A stretch of DNA of 64,000 nt, filler included, from Reclinomonas americana ATCC 50394 (lineage: Eukaryota): NCBI GenBank assembly GCA_048213135.1. It is 8 parts of 5 records of this genome, joined end to end, with 100 filler letters (N's around TTAATTAATTAA, not from the genome) between each part and the next. Parts side by side here need not be neighbours in the genome. Positions count along the whole stretch, not along the records: positions 47,402 to 51,593 come from PS015697.1; positions 51,694 to 55,433 come from PS015697.1; positions 55,534 to 60,058 come from PS015697.1; positions 60,159 to 62,642 come from PS015698.1; positions 62,743 to 64,000 come from PS015707.1; 3 more parts are not named here. The stretch is one strand, 5' to 3'. How positions within the stretch are numbered: position 1 is the stretch's first letter; each line of letters starts with the position of its first letter. The position numbers were made by a program, and so were the translations under genes. Under the pieces are notes generated by a model that was not told the origin of the DNA, searched no databases, and saw only the letters and a program-made list of their open reading frames with translations. This document shows, one piece after another, positions 50,773-64,000 of this stretch.

Positions 50773-51462
50773 GGTACCGGTGGTGTTGCGAAACAAGAAC
50801 GCATGCGCTGCGATGATGGAAATCCAACAACAACAACAACCAAACAGCTGTCTTGATGACCAAGCACAACACCAGTCTTGAGGCAGCAGCAGGTTAGAAG
50901 AGTGAACTGCACTCGATTGGTTGCCGTCAAGAATGTTGTTTGCGGTACCGGTGATGGACTTGGTTATCAAGACAAAGCTGATGGTAACTTCGATGGTGCA
51001 TACCCCGTAGGACGAACATATTGCCAACTAATCAATCATGGGGAACACCGAGTCTCTCATTCCCGCCGACTCTCGCGGTTCCGTGTGTCTCTATCTCTTC
51101 TCTCTCACACACCCTCTCTCACTCTCACCCTCTCTCATACAGCTCCCCTGCAAGCGCTCTCTGATGCCGACACTCGCGCAGTCTATCGACAGCTGCTCAC
51201 ACGCGCCGAGCAGCTGAGCATTGACGAAGGCGATGAGCAGGAGGAGGAGCAGCGAGTGGAGAGAGCAATGGGCGATGAGGTCAGACAGACACACACATAG
51301 AGAGAGAGAGAGAGAATGATGAGAGAAGACGAAGGAGGAGGAGGGGAGTGAGGAGAAGAAGAAGAAGAGTATTAAAGAACTTGAATAAGAACAAGAAGAA
51401 GAGAGAAGATCATCAAGAAGAAGCAGAAGGAGAAGTATATAATGAAGAAGGGCAAACAGGAT

Positions 51463-51593
<131 letters not shown>

Positions 51594-51881
51594 NNNNNNN
51601 NNNNNNNNNNNNNNNNNNNNNNNNNNNNNNNNNNNNNTTAATTAATTAANNNNNNNNNNNNNNNNNNNNNNNNNNNNNNNNNNNNNNNNNNNNAAAGAGA
51701 GAGAGAGGGAGCTTTCAGTGTTGTCAAGAACGAAGAGAAGGAGAAGTAAGGTGAAGAGACAAGAAGACAAGGATGTAGAGACAGAGAGGAACAGTGAAAG
51801 TAAGAGGGAGAGGAGGAGAATGATGATGAGTCTTGCAACCAACGAGAGTTCGCTGAGAGTCAACTGAGTCTTGTCTCTCTT

Positions 51882-54306
51882 CTCATTGTATTCTTCCTTC
51901 TTCTTCTTCAGTACAACTTTGCGCTGTTGATGCTTCACGGAGCCGGTGGATTGCCTGTCCGCGACCATCGATACAAGCTCTTTCGCACTCACCGTGCCTG
52001 CTTTCTCGGGTCCGAGCTGATCGAGTGGATATGCGCTGTTTCGTTTGGGGAGTCCTCCATTTTCCTCTCTTCTCCTCCCTTCTCCTCTCTTCTCCTCTCT
52101 TTTCTTCTCCTCTCTTCTCCGCTCTGCCTTTCTCCTCGCCCTTCCCCCTCATTCCCTCCCTTCTCCTTCGATCCCTTCTCCTTCGTCCAGCACTCCGACC
52201 TGGACCTCCGCTCGGCCTGCCAACTCGCGCAGCGACTCTACCTCATGCGCCTGTTCCATCGCATCACTGGCCACGAGTACGAGGGCGACACGCCGCGCTT
52301 CACCCTGCGCCCCGACTGCTTGTATCGGTTCCAGGCGGACGAGGTGCAGGCGGTGGCGGCCGCGCTCAACATGCATCGCGTATTCACTGGCGAGGCGAGG
52401 CCGGCAATGGACGTGGTGCGCGAACTGCGACGCCTGACGCTGACGCTCAAGGCGCAATTCGTGTCGGAAGACGGGAGTGAGGTGAACTATGCGGCGATGC
52501 GTGAGTCGAACGAGTGGCGCCACTATGTCGCGGCGTCGACGGAGCTGCAGACGGTGCGACTGGACGACCTGTCGGAGGATGAGAGGAAGGCGCTGTTCAT
52601 CAATCTGTACAACTCGCTCACGCTGCATGGGTGCGTGTGTTCTATCTCGATTCTCTCTCAATCTCCTGTCGCTGATGCGTTGACGCGGCAGATTCGTGGA
52701 GCTCGGTGTTCCGGAGGGCACGTTGCGTGATTCAGTGGTGTCGTTTGGTGGCAACCGTACGCTCTCACCATTCTCTGCCTCCAGCATGAAGCGGCTGCAG
52801 TTCTTTGCGAAAGCCAGCTATCGCATTGGCGAGCACGACTACTCGTTGAATGACATGGAAAATGGAGTTGCGTCGAATGCCGATATCTTGGTCAATGAGC
52901 CTCTCACGACTATTGCCGCAGGTGTTGCGCGGTCTGTGAAGCGCGGCGCTCGTGTTGGTATTCCTTGCTGCCGCTCACTACTGTACAGGCAAGAAGCGTC
53001 GTCCGTACGGCTTCTCCAAGCAGTTTAGCGCGTCGGATCCACGCTTGCGCTACGCTGGTACGCCTACAGAAAGGGATTGTGCTCTCCTCTATGCTGCATT
53101 TGCATGTCATGCATGACACGATGTTGGGGAAGTAGGCTGATTGCCATACAAAACACGAGATCTCACTTTAGACCCAGAAGAGAACGCGCAGCCTGTTCTT
53201 CTCTCCCTTCGCTTCTTTCCCTTCTAATTCGGGTGAATGATCGTCAAGAGAACACCTGCCCTTGAGATCTACTTTCCCATCCTCCCGTTATCCTTTCACG
53301 TGCACTCTCGTGCTTCAGCAGAACGCGGGTGCTGGCGGCAACGCTTGTCTTCTTCCGTTCACCCCCTCTCTCCGCTCTCATCCAGTCGCGCGGGATCACC
53401 CATCTCCCTCAACAGAACACTCGTCCTTGTATCAGTCTCCGTTCCCCCACATCCTCTCTCTCACGTGCGTCCGGTTGCGCCGGAACATCTCACACCGTCA
53501 TCAAGAGAACACGTGCGCTTGAGATCTTCTTTCATCGCCCCCCTTTTCCTCTCTTGTCCATTCGCGCTGGATCACCACTTTCACAGAACACGCGTCCTTG
53601 TGGAAGTCTTCTCCCCTTCACCCCCTTTTCCTCTCGTATCCGTTCGCGCGGGATCATCTATCTCCTTCAACAGAACACGGGTCCTTGTGACAACTAGTCT
53701 TCTCCCCCCCTCCCCTTTTCCTCTTGTCCGTTCGCGCTGGATCACCGCGTACAGTTCAAGAAGACGTGCCATCTATCAACCTATTCCTCTCTTGTCTGTT
53801 CGCTCCCACCATACACTTCACCTGAACACGTGCCCTTGTAATTTACTTCCCTTCCTCGTCCAGTCGCGATCTTGCCGCATGATCACGAGCCATTGCAGCA
53901 AACTAATCTACTTTCCCTCTCTCTTCCCCCTTCTCCCCCTCCCCCCTTTCCCCCCTTCCCAGTGGCGCTGGACCATCGCATCCACTTTGCGCTCGTGTGC
54001 GGCGCCAAGTCTTGCCCGCCTATCCAAGTGTACAGCGAGGACAATCTGGAGCGCGCCCTGGCCGCGGCCGCCACCAACTTTGTGTCCACAGACTTGGAAG
54101 TGGACGCCGACGCACGACACATCACCGTGAGCCAGATAATCGACTGGTATCGCAGCGATTTCGGCCGCTCCGACGACGAGGTTCTTCACTGCCTTTTGCA
54201 GCACCTCGACGAGGCCGACGAGCGCCGCGCTCGCATCGAGGCCATGGGCCAGGGATGGTCTTTCCGCTACCGTCCGTACGATTGGTCGTTGAATGGCGCA
54301 CAATAA
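51882..54306 (+). CDS. spliced DEP-domain plus DUF547 protein (5' part missing)
   Basis: VRDHRY...CFLGSELIEW (DEP); ALFINLYN, SLNDMENG, RIHFALVCGAKSCP, WYRSDFG and YDWSLN (DUF547). Confidence 0.85.
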
Positions 54307-55292
54307 ATCGTTCCCCTCCAACATTGTCAAGCTAGCTCTTGTATTCGATGTGCAGCACACAGTCATTGGCGCGCACGCGCGCAACGCCGCGCAACAAACT
54401 TCAACTACCCGGAATTATCCAGCAACCAAGTTGTGGCGCGGTCAATGTCGTCGTGCTGCGGGGCGCAGAGATATCGTCAGCAAACGGAGAGAGAGAGAGA
54501 GAGAGGTCCACAGCGCTCTGCTACTCCAACAAATCCCACATGCCGTCGAATGCCCCCCGTTGCAGCTCAACTGCTGCACCACATTCCCCAGCCTCACTCT
54601 CCTTCTCGGCATCATTCGCTTTTATCTCCAGAAACGAGTCGTCCCCTCCCACTTTCGTGCTCATCCACCCCTGCATTCTCTCCTTTCTGTCCTTTGCTCT
54701 CTCCTCAGCTTTCCACCGCCGACTGCCTCTCCCGACAAACGATCCACCATCTCAGTCCCAGCTCCACATTGCAACCTCACTCGGCGATCTTATCCCGATC
54801 TCCCGCCTCATCCTCTCAATACTCTCTCGTTCATCTCTCCGATGGTTCTTCTCCTTCATGCCTCTTCCCGTTGTCTTCCTCTTCCTCCCCTCTCTCCCTC
54901 CCCCATTCAATATCATTTCCTCTTGCTCCTTTCCACTTTCTTCCCCTCTTCCCCTCCAAGTCCCTCTCCCTCTTTCTTCCGCCCATTCCCTACCACTCTC
55001 ACTCCTCCCTTGACCCTTGACCCCCTTCCCTCATTCGCCTCCCCATTTCCTCGTCTCCCTTCAACCTTTTCCCTTTATTCCCTTTCCCTTTCTCTTCTTC
55101 TCCCTTCCACTCTCCTTTCACCTCTCCCTCTTCTTCTCCACGTCCCTTTCCCCTCCCTTCCTTCTCTCCCTCTCCTCCCCCTTCCCCCTTCCCCCTTCCT
55201 TCCCCCTTCCCCCCATCCCCCTCCCCTCCCCCTTCTCCTTTCCCCCTTCCCCCTTCCGCCCTCCCCCTTCCCCCTTCCCTCCCCCCACTCAC

Positions 55293-55433
55293 ATTCTGCG
55301 CCAATGCCGTCCGCGCCTTGGCCTCCTCAAATCCCATATCCACCAACTGCGCCACATTCGCCTCCGACACCTCATCCGGTTGCATCGAGGAGATGAGCAC
55401 GGCTGGGCCGGCGCGCACCAGCGACGTGTGCTC
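55293..55433 (-). CDS. exon encoding a UBA domain
   Basis: NVAQLVDMGFEEAKARTALAQN followed by a GTGAGT donor. Confidence 0.75.
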
Positions 55434-55533
55434 NNNNNNNNNNNNNNNNNNNNNNNNNNNNNNNNNNNNNNNNNNNNTTAATTAATTAANNNNNNNNNNN
55501 NNNNNNNNNNNNNNNNNNNNNNNNNNNNNNNNN

Positions 55534-56090
55534 CGGCTTCCGTGATCGACGTCCGCCACTGCTTCGACTTGTCGTCGGCAATGGCCGACACGTCGAGCGC
55601 TGACGAAGTGTTCTCCGACAGCGGAACCGACGAGTACACACTGGTTGGTGATCGCTGGCGGAAGAACATGTCGCACTCGCTCACGCGCAATTTCGCAAAG
55701 TCGCTCAGGCGCGCCAGCGCACGTGTTCCATCGGCTTCGTTGGCATACACCTTGCAGCGCTTCAGGACGCACACTGCCAGTGGGAGGAAATGGAAAAGGT
55801 CAGCAATCGCGTGAAAAGCGGTGTGTGCGTGCAAGCGAGACGCACCCGAGTCGCCAGTCTGCGTGGCCAGGTACATGCCGATGCCCACAAGCACGCAGTC
55901 CTCAAAGGACACGCGCAGTGCGCTTGCCTCCTCCACCACGCATCGTCCGGTGCGTGAAATGCGGCTGTTCTTGAGAAGGATCTTGGCGTCGCTGCGGACT
56001 TCCACTTGTGCCTGCGGGGAACGGCAAAGGGGTGAGAAAGAGGAAAGAGGGGGAAAGGGGGAGGATGGTGGCGGAAATGAAAATGAAAAT

Positions 56091-56151
<61 letters not shown>

Positions 56152-59100
56152 CAAGACGGAGGAGGGACTCGGAAGGAAGGATACCATGAAGGTCGAGATT
56201 TGCAGAAGAAGAGCGGAAGGAGGAGAAAGAAAGAGAGAAAAAAAGGACGAGACAGTGAGGAAGAGAGAACTGAAAGAAGGAAGAAATATGAAGAGACAGA
56301 GGAAGACAATAAAGAACGCAAGGAGAGAGAGAGAGAGAGAGAAAAAGACAGGATGAGAGAAATGAATGAGGGTGGAAGGGGTTGAGGAGTAACGGTGGAG
56401 CGCATGATTGAGAGTGAACGAGGGAAGAAAAAAGAAACAGAGAGCGAAACAGAGTGAGGTGTGGGTGCGTGAGAGAATGGACATGGAGTAAGCAGGGGAC
56501 AGAAACAGATGGAGGCAGAAATGAGCGAGGAATAAGAGTGAGCGGTTTATGAGCGGAGTTCATTATCCTGTGAACGCTACATTCTGCTACAGCTGCGTTC
56601 CTTTCTCTTCGTTCCTCCCTCCCTCATTTATGTCCACAACTCACTCGTTACCCTGACTTCCACATTCGCTTTCTCCCTGTCTCCCTCTTTCATTCTCTCT
56701 CTCACTCTCTCTCTCTCTTTCTTCCCGCTCTCCCTCTCTTTATCTTTTTCTCTCCCTCTCCCTCTCCCTTCTTCTCCTTCTCTCCTTGCTCCCTCTCCCT
56801 CTCCCTTCCCCTTTCCCCTGTCCCCTTTCCTCCTCCCCCTTTCCTTTTTTCCCCCTTTCTCACTTACCCCCGAATGATCATGCAGTTCCACATGATCAAC
56901 GGTGGCCTCGGCGCCACCTTCGACTCGCACACCAGTGGTGAGGTTGTTGTTGATGGAGGCGTATGAAATGTCGACCGAGGAACCATCGCCGAGCACGGCC
57001 ACACCGCCTACTTCGTTGAGTAGGAACTCGGCCTGTGAGCAGAATCAGTATAAGCACCGCTATTCACCTTCCCTCTCCTTCTCCCCCTTCCCGCATACCT
57101 CTCCATACACCGTCGCTGCAGAGCCCTCGCGCACCGTCAAGCCGAACGACTTGTTCTTGGTGAAATTGCTACACACACACCCACACCAAGTCCGTCAGTT
57201 GCCGACCTCACCCACTCCCCACCCGCCCAACACTCACCCGCCCTTGATGTCGAAGGTGGCCTCGGGGCCTGCCACGCGCGCACCATCTTGCTCATTCTGC
57301 TGCGCTCGGCACGAATCGAGCACCACGTATGACGTGTCGACAAAAACGCCGTTGGAGCCATTGAGGATGAAGCGGCAGCCTGCGTCTCACCGCACTCAGT
57401 ACGACAAAACACAGCGGAAACAGGACACACGCGAGACGCTTGAACGCACCGGTGAACTCGGCACTCGAGTGGTCCTTGACAATGGCGCCGTTCATGTAGC
57501 AACGCGACATGTCGCAGTATTGGAAAATCACGTTGCCGGCATCGCAGCGGCTGCTCAGCACGACACCGTGGCCGCCAGCACTGGTGATCTGCGTCGAGTC
57601 CACCATGCACACTGTGTCCGAGCCACTGATATGTATGGCATCCGACTGCGTGCCGTTGATCTCACACTCGGAGATCTCCACCAGCGCCCCGGTGTGCACA
57701 TGCAACGCATGCTTCTGACCCGAGCCCAGTCGGCAACGATGCAGGCGACTGCGTGTGCCTTCGTCCGAGATCTCCATGTCGATGACTGCGGAGAGGAACA
57801 AGTGGGTGAGATGGCCTCCGTGCAGAAGCGCAGAATGCCACACGCACTTTTCGACGAGGAAATCGTGCAGCCGCGGCACTCGGCAAAGGAGCCGGAAGCG
57901 ACGACCACGGAGAAGGGGTTTTGCCATACGTTGGTCTCGTTGAGCACGACCGAGCACTTGTCGACCGCCACCACACCTGTGCGAGCAATATGAATGGTGA
58001 GAGTCATAAACCTGCGGCTGCAGGACTCCACCCAAAAACACCTGCATCCTTGTTCTGTGACACCAGACACCGATCGCAGATGAGCGAGGCGTTGTCGCCC
58101 ACTCGCACACCCTCGCCGGTGTTTGACAGCACGTGGACGGCAACGAGCTGCGGTTGAGTGAGAATGACATCGCACCACAGAAAAGAGACAATTAGAGGCA
58201 CGCACCCGCACGCGCGTCTTGTCGTTGCGCACAATGATGCCGACCTCGTTCTCCTTGACCATCAGGTCGTTAAGCTCGACGGCTGACGACTCGCAAATCT
58301 TCAGACCTGCGACGCCGGAGAGGGAAGTCAGCGCTCAGAAACACCACCCTGGCTACGCTCCGCGTGTACACAAACCAGCCACTCGTCCACCGATCGCCGT
58401 CACCGCATGCACCATGATACCGCCGCACTCGCCATTGACCAGGAAGCAGTAATCGATGTGGCGCCCGCAGTTGAGAAACACGTACGACATTTTCACGTCG
58501 TCCGAGCCGTGGTGAACCAGCACGAGACTGCTCGTGAAATCGCTGCGATTGACCACCTCTTTGCGCTGCGTGTACCGCGTGAGGCATGCTTATATGCAAA
58601 CTGAGGCGGGGTCAGGAGACGGGCACTCACCGACGTCGGCAACTCCATGAATTCGTTGTGCGGCACTTTGCGACCGGTAATGGTGACGTTGCTGATCATG
58701 CAGTTGCTGGCGCGGACGCACACACCGGCTTCCAGGTAGTCGGGCACAACGATCTCCACCTGCGAAGTGGGAAAGGAGGAGATAGGGGGAAAGGCGTGAG
58801 CGAGTGCGACAAAACTCGCACACAAGAACTCAAACTTTACGTGCGTAACCTCGCAGCGCTCTCTCTCTCTCTTTCCTTCTCTGGCTCTACCAGTAACTGT
58901 CCCGCTGTGTCTACTCGTCTGTCACTCTCACTCTCCTGTTTTACTCTTTCTCCCTCTCTCTCTCTCTCTCTCTCTCTTTCCTCTCTGGCTCTACCAGTAA
59001 CCGTCCCGCTGTGTCAATGCGTCTGTCACTCTCAATCTCCTGTTTTACTCTCCCTCTCTCTCTCTTTCCTCTCTGGCTCTGCCAGTAACCGTCCCGTTGT

Positions 59101-60058
59101 GTCTACTCGTCTGTCACTCTCACTCTACTGTTTTACTTCTCCCTCCTCTCTCTCTCTCTTTCCTCTCTGGCTCTACCAGTAACCGTCCCGTTGTGTCTAT
59201 TCGCACTCTCACTCCTGTTTTACTCTCTCTCTCTCTCTTTCCTCTCTGGCTATAGTAACCGTCCCAACGTGTCTACTCGTCTGTCACTCTCACTCTCCTG
59301 TTTTACTCTTCCTCTCTCTTCGCTTGTCTCTCCCTCAGTGACCTTCCCTTGCCTTTTCCCAACTCCCTGCGTTTCTCGCACATTTAACTTCGCTCTCTGG
59401 GCCCGCTGCCTTTCCATCGGCAGGTAATGCTCTCCTTTTCCCTCGCACTGCCTACTCCTGTCTCTGCTTACATTTCACACTCGCTGTGCACTCTAGGATT
59501 TCTTATCCTTTTTGACGCTGTCTCCCTATCTTCGTCTCTGGTCTCTTTCCGCTCACACATTGTTCCTGCTCGCTCATACACAATCTCTGCCTTCATGAAG
59601 TCTCAGGATAGCTGCATTCCTGCGCGCTCTCTCTCTCTCTCTCTCTGTGGGTATGTGCGTGTGTTTTCATTTGATCCATCAACCTCAACACATTCAATCT
59701 TCCTTTGTCCTCTCCATGACGACCTCCTCGTTCTCGGTCCCTCTGCTCTCTTCCCTCTTCTCTCTCTCTCTCTCTCTCTCTGTGCGTGCGTGTGTGTGTG
59801 TTCAGATCCATCAACCTCTTCTCTCTCTCTCTCTCTCTCTGTGCGTGCGTGTGTGTGTGTTCAGATCCATCAACCTCAACACATTCTATCTTCGTTTGTC
59901 CTCTCCATGACGACCTCCTCTCTCTTTTCCCGTCCTTCTTCTCTCTTTTCCCCTCTCGCTTCCCTCTACTCACCAACTCTCGCGGCCCGGCCCCAATAAT
60001 CGACACATGCGAATGCCGCAGAATCAACGTGTCGGTCAGGTAATACGCGCCCGGGCAC
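55534..60058 (-). CDS. multi-exon right-handed beta-helix (pectin lyase-like) repeat protein, partial
   Basis: PGAYYLTDTLILRHSHVSIIGAG exon and many G-(V/I)-x-(V/I)...C-x-I repeats across exons with GT-AG borders. Confidence 0.7.
58860..59315. repeat. intronic minisatellite, about 5 copies with (CT)n spacers
   Basis: Recurring CTCTGGCTCTACCAGTAACCGTCCCG..GTGTCTACTCGTCTGTCACTCTCACTCTCCTGTTTTACT. Confidence 0.85.
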
Positions 60059-60158
60059 NNNNNNNNNNNNNNNNNNNNNNNNNNNNNNNNNNNNNNNNNN
60101 NNTTAATTAATTAANNNNNNNNNNNNNNNNNNNNNNNNNNNNNNNNNNNNNNNNNNNN

Positions 60159-60300
60159 AGAAGAAGAAGAAGAAGAAGAAGAAGAAGAAGAAGAAGAAGA
60201 AGAAGAAGAAGAAGAAGAAGAAGAAGAAGAAGGAGGAGAACAAGAACAAGAACAAGAACAAGAACAAGAACAAGAAGAAGAAGAAGAAGAAGAAGAAGGA
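60159..60300. repeat. (GAA)n and (GAACAA)n microsatellite
   Basis: Seen directly. Confidence 0.95.
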
Positions 60301-60574
60301 GAAAGAGAAGGAAGACACCATGACCAAGATGCAGGCAGATGAGGAAGGAGTTGGAGAACAAGAACACGAAACGAAGAGGAACAGAAGAAGAAAAGCTGAC
60401 GAACAAATAGAAGGACAAACAGCCCCATCCCTCTCCCCTCCCACCTCTCTTCCCTCTCCCCTCCCCTCCCTGCCTCCCCTCTCTCCCCCTTTCCCTTCAC
60501 ACCGCCCTCCCCTCTCTTCCCCTTTACTCCCTTACTCCCCCTTTCCCCGCAACTCATTCCTCCTCCTCCCCGCC

Positions 60575-61465
60575 ATGGCACACACATCAATCGCCACCAC
60601 CCGCTGCCTCCCAAACGACGCCTCCGCGTACCGCTCCACGTGATCCTCGGGAATTCGATAGTTGCGCGGCACCCTTGCACACACAAATGAGCGCTGCAGC
60701 CCCGAAAACACGAGCAAAATAGGCGCCTCACTTTTTCACCGTGCGCTGATTGACCTTGAAGAGCGTCATGTGCGCCTCGAACTTGTACCCCTCATCCACA
60801 GCCACTCCACTCTGACTGAGATGCCTCGTCAACGCCACTGCGCAGTCGGCAACATAAGAAGCGCGTAACTCCACGCAAGCAGCTTATCCATCGCGCACTC
60901 AACTCTGCATCCGCGACAACCACCTATGCGACTCGTCTTCCTCGACAGCCGCAAACAGCACTCGTCCCTTTCCAAACGACTTGGTTCCTCGTAAATGCAA
61001 CTCGCCACCGCTTGCAGCTGGCACAGGCGGCACCTCAAACGCATCCAGTGCCTGCTGCACCTCCGCAATCCATTGCTCCACTGGTGAAGGTGGCGCAAAG
61101 AGCAAATTCAGTGAGAAGTGAAAGGCGGCCTCGTCGATGCGCAGGTGCTGGAGGGTGCGCGTGGTCAGACACAGATCGTCTTGCGCAGCGCTGAGTGCGT
61201 TGACAAGGGCGCGGTTGTCGACTCGAACGGAGAGGAAATGCGTGGGAGGCACTCGTGCGCGCGACGAGGAAGCAGAGGCGGCAGAGGAGAAGACGCGAGG
61301 GACGGTGTTGAGCACGGGCAACATGAATCGTGCGGCGGTCTCTGCGTATTCCTCCTCGAGAGGCGAGGCTGCTGCTGCAGCAGTGGGCGACTTTTCGTGG
61401 TCTTGTTGGTCCTCTGCTGCAGTGGGGGCGACGGGAATGGCGATGCGGCGGCGACGTGGAGGCAT
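60575..61465 (-). CDS. spliced AKAP7-like 2H phosphoesterase
   Basis: PPTHFLSVRV, first H-x-S motif (HFSL), SFGKGRVLF, and second motif FEAHMTLFK in the next exon. Confidence 0.75.
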
Positions 61466-62507
61466 TGCGGGTGAAAGGAATATGTCCTGCGGAATAATAA
61501 TCAACTTCACTGATCCATGCACGACAATGAGTATCTACTAGTGATCGCCAACAAGTCTCGTGTGCTCTCCTTCTTCAAACAAAACTATCATCGACGTTGA
61601 GAAAAAACCAAAATCAATTCAGGACACGCAGCCTCAAGGCCTTTGCTGGCCAGCATGCGAGAGAGTGTATCTGGTCGAGGAGAGACATGCACACGCAGAG
61701 TCTATGCGGTGTCATTGTTGCTCTTTCTTTGCATTTTTATGACGTCGACAGCAATTGCAAGCATGCAGCAACGTCGAGGCTATCCATCCTCCTCACAGTC
61801 TCCTGCTCGTAACCATCGTTTTCGCACGTTGCGCACGTTGAAGACTATTATGGTGGACATGCACATGCCGCAACTGCGGCTCAGAACTCACCGTCAAGCG
61901 CGTCGTACGCGTCGACGTTGCGAGTTTCGACCACTGGAAGGAAACAAAGCTCTGTCGCGCATCGCTGCACGTGTCCCTTCACTTGTTACTACGCCCTCCG
62001 CAGCCATACGAGCTCCACTCTTCCACTGCGCGCCTCACCCTCCAGAAAAAAGCGCGGGACAAAAAACTGACCGTTACTTTTCCAAGTCACAGTCACTCAG
62101 TCGCGCACAAAAGTACAATGAGACGCGCGTCGTCTCCCTCTGTGGGAGGAGCAACGACAACAGCAGCAACAGCAGCAGGACAGCAGAGTGTCACTGCTGG
62201 TGCCTCCTCCTCCTCCATGACACATGTGATGTGTGTGTGGGTGGAGGAGGCGGTGGAGATGCCAGTGGTGGGCGTGCGAGGCAAGAGAGTGTGTCTGCTG
62301 TCGCAGTTTAACAGTTGCGTGAGTGGGAGGGAGAGGGAGAGAGAGGGGGGAAAGGGATGAGGCAGTTGCTTTGTGTCCTTCGTCTTCTCATGCTCTATCG
62401 CTCTGTCGTTTGTGTGCACGCTGTCTTTTCTCTGTCTTCTGTCTTGTGCAACTCACCTTCTCGCTGTCTGTGCTTGATCTGCCCTTTCCCTCCTCCTCCT
62501 CCCCCCT

Positions 62508-62642
<135 letters not shown>

Positions 62643-62802
62643 NNNNNNNNNNNNNNNNNNNNNNNNNNNNNNNNNNNNNNNNNNNNTTAATTAATTAANN
62701 NNNNNNNNNNNNNNNNNNNNNNNNNNNNNNNNNNNNNNNNNNAGGGAGAAAAAGATGAGTTGAGATTCATAATGAATGGCAGGATGACCTGACATCCCGC
62801 AC

Positions 62803-62982
62803 CTTCACACGCTCAATGGGGGCGGCCGCGGTCTTGGAGATACCGGCAGCCACACCACCGAGGAGGAAGTCCTCGGCGAAGGACAGCTTGGGCTTGCCCT
62901 TCTTGGCGCCACCCTCACCACCGGAGAGGGCCGCAAAGGTGACCTGGTTGGGGTCCACAGACGGACGCTGGGCGAACAACAT
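62803..62982 (-). CDS. mitochondrial ADP/ATP carrier, first coding exon
   Basis: SFAEDFLLGGVAAGISKTAAAPIERVK followed by a GT donor. Confidence 0.92.
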
Positions 62983-63957
62983 GACGGGATAACGAAGAGA
63001 AAAAGAGTCCTCCTGCAAGCACACGCCACGCTGTCGTCAGTTCGCTTGCAAAGACGATCGATTGGGAAAGCATTGGCATCATCAACAACATCAGCGGAGA
63101 AGTGCCACAGAGCAGAACAGAGAGAGGCGAGAGGGAGCGCGAGAGAGGGGTGTGCATGGAGAAGGGAGAGAGAGAGAGGCAAGAGCAGTATGGGGCGAGT
63201 GCGTGTGAGTGCAGAAGCGGAGGAAATGTGCATGTCGCGCAAACCGAAGGGAAAATAATCGCCTTCAGCAGACAGACAGACAGGCACACAAGACACCACT
63301 CGCCTCCACACGCACACACACACGCACGTCAACACACAAGCACAAGCCACAAGAAACCGCGCACGGTCAAACACAAAAAAGTAAAAGAGGCGGCGACATG
63401 TGCATGCGCGGCGACGCAAGCAACATTTTTCGAAACGCACACAACAAGAGAGACGCACGCGCGCACGCTACTAGGGAAAGAAAGAGAGAGCGAGAAAGAG
63501 AGTGCGCGTGCGTGCATAAGAGAGTGATACACACTGCGGTGACCAAAAAGTTAACGAACGAGGAAAACGTGCATGCCTCACACGCGAATCAAGCAAGCAA
63601 GAGAAAAGCACGCGCAAGCGTCGGAGGAAGGCGACAAACCTCTGCTGGCAATACGGCCAAAAAGATAACTAAGGGTTACTCTTATGTAATTCCATTCCAC
63701 GTCGTCAGAGTAACCCTGACAATCACCGTTTCATTCACAAAAAAAATGTTTGTGCCATCGTGCGTCCCCGCGCTCTGCAACGAGGCCTGGTTGCCTGAGC
63801 CTCGCGACCCGCGTCCATCATCCACCAGCACGCATGTAAACGCCACGGCAGTGCTGGTCGCCGAGGAACGATACATGGCGGATTGGGTTCGTGTTTTTTT
63901 GTTTCCCGCGCGCATGCATGCCACTCCACGCCGATGATTGACTGCATATTACACGTT

Positions 63958-64000
<43 letters not shown>

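Noticed and set aside
54293..56563. Long Pro/Ser/Leu-rich or Glu/Arg-rich ORFs
   Set aside because: They are translations of polypyrimidine and microsatellite tracts.
58860..59315. CRISPR-like array
   Set aside because: The spacers are (CT)n tracts rather than unique sequences, and the context is a eukaryotic intron.

Overview
This window is a concatenation of unrelated contigs, not one replicon. Seven artificial N-flanked TTAATTAATTAA spacers join three alphaproteobacterial pieces (1-47301; Hyphomicrobiales-like, inferred from MucR and a GTTC-N7-GTTC LexA box) to five intron- and microsatellite-rich eukaryotic contigs (47402-64000). The bacterial part is accessory DNA with five blocks. (i) A defence island: an IS5 end, a Thoeris system (SIR2-SLOG ThsA plus two different TIR ThsB genes), and a convergent minus-strand cassette of RloC/Rad50-like ABC ATPase, GT32 glycosyltransferase, GT25/sulfotransferase-like/GH16 fusion and CmcH/NodU carbamoyltransferase. 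I cannot assign that cassette to a known system, and its fusion gene appears interrupted by an IS at a duplicated CTAG. (ii) YhaO/YhaN (SbcCD-like), csp, mucR, a DEDDh exonuclease and an SOS-boxed UvrD operon. (iii) A Cas-less Tn7-like module (tnsA, an extra stand-alone copy of the TnsB N-terminal region, tnsB, tnsC/tniB, long tniQ). (iv) An Xre-MbcA antitoxin/HAD fusion, a soluble FtsH-like AAA-M41 protease and a metallophosphoesterase. (v) A copper/microoxic cluster with a CorE-like ECF sigma factor, Crp/Fnr, ppk2, arcC, cfa and several FNR-like boxes. The eukaryotic part has spliced genes for a REase-like plus kinase protein, DEP-DUF547, UBA, beta-helix, AKAP7-like 2H phosphoesterase and ADP/ATP carrier. 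Several frameshifts fall in homopolymers and may be sequencing errors. All calls come from motif recognition by eye; no database searches were run.
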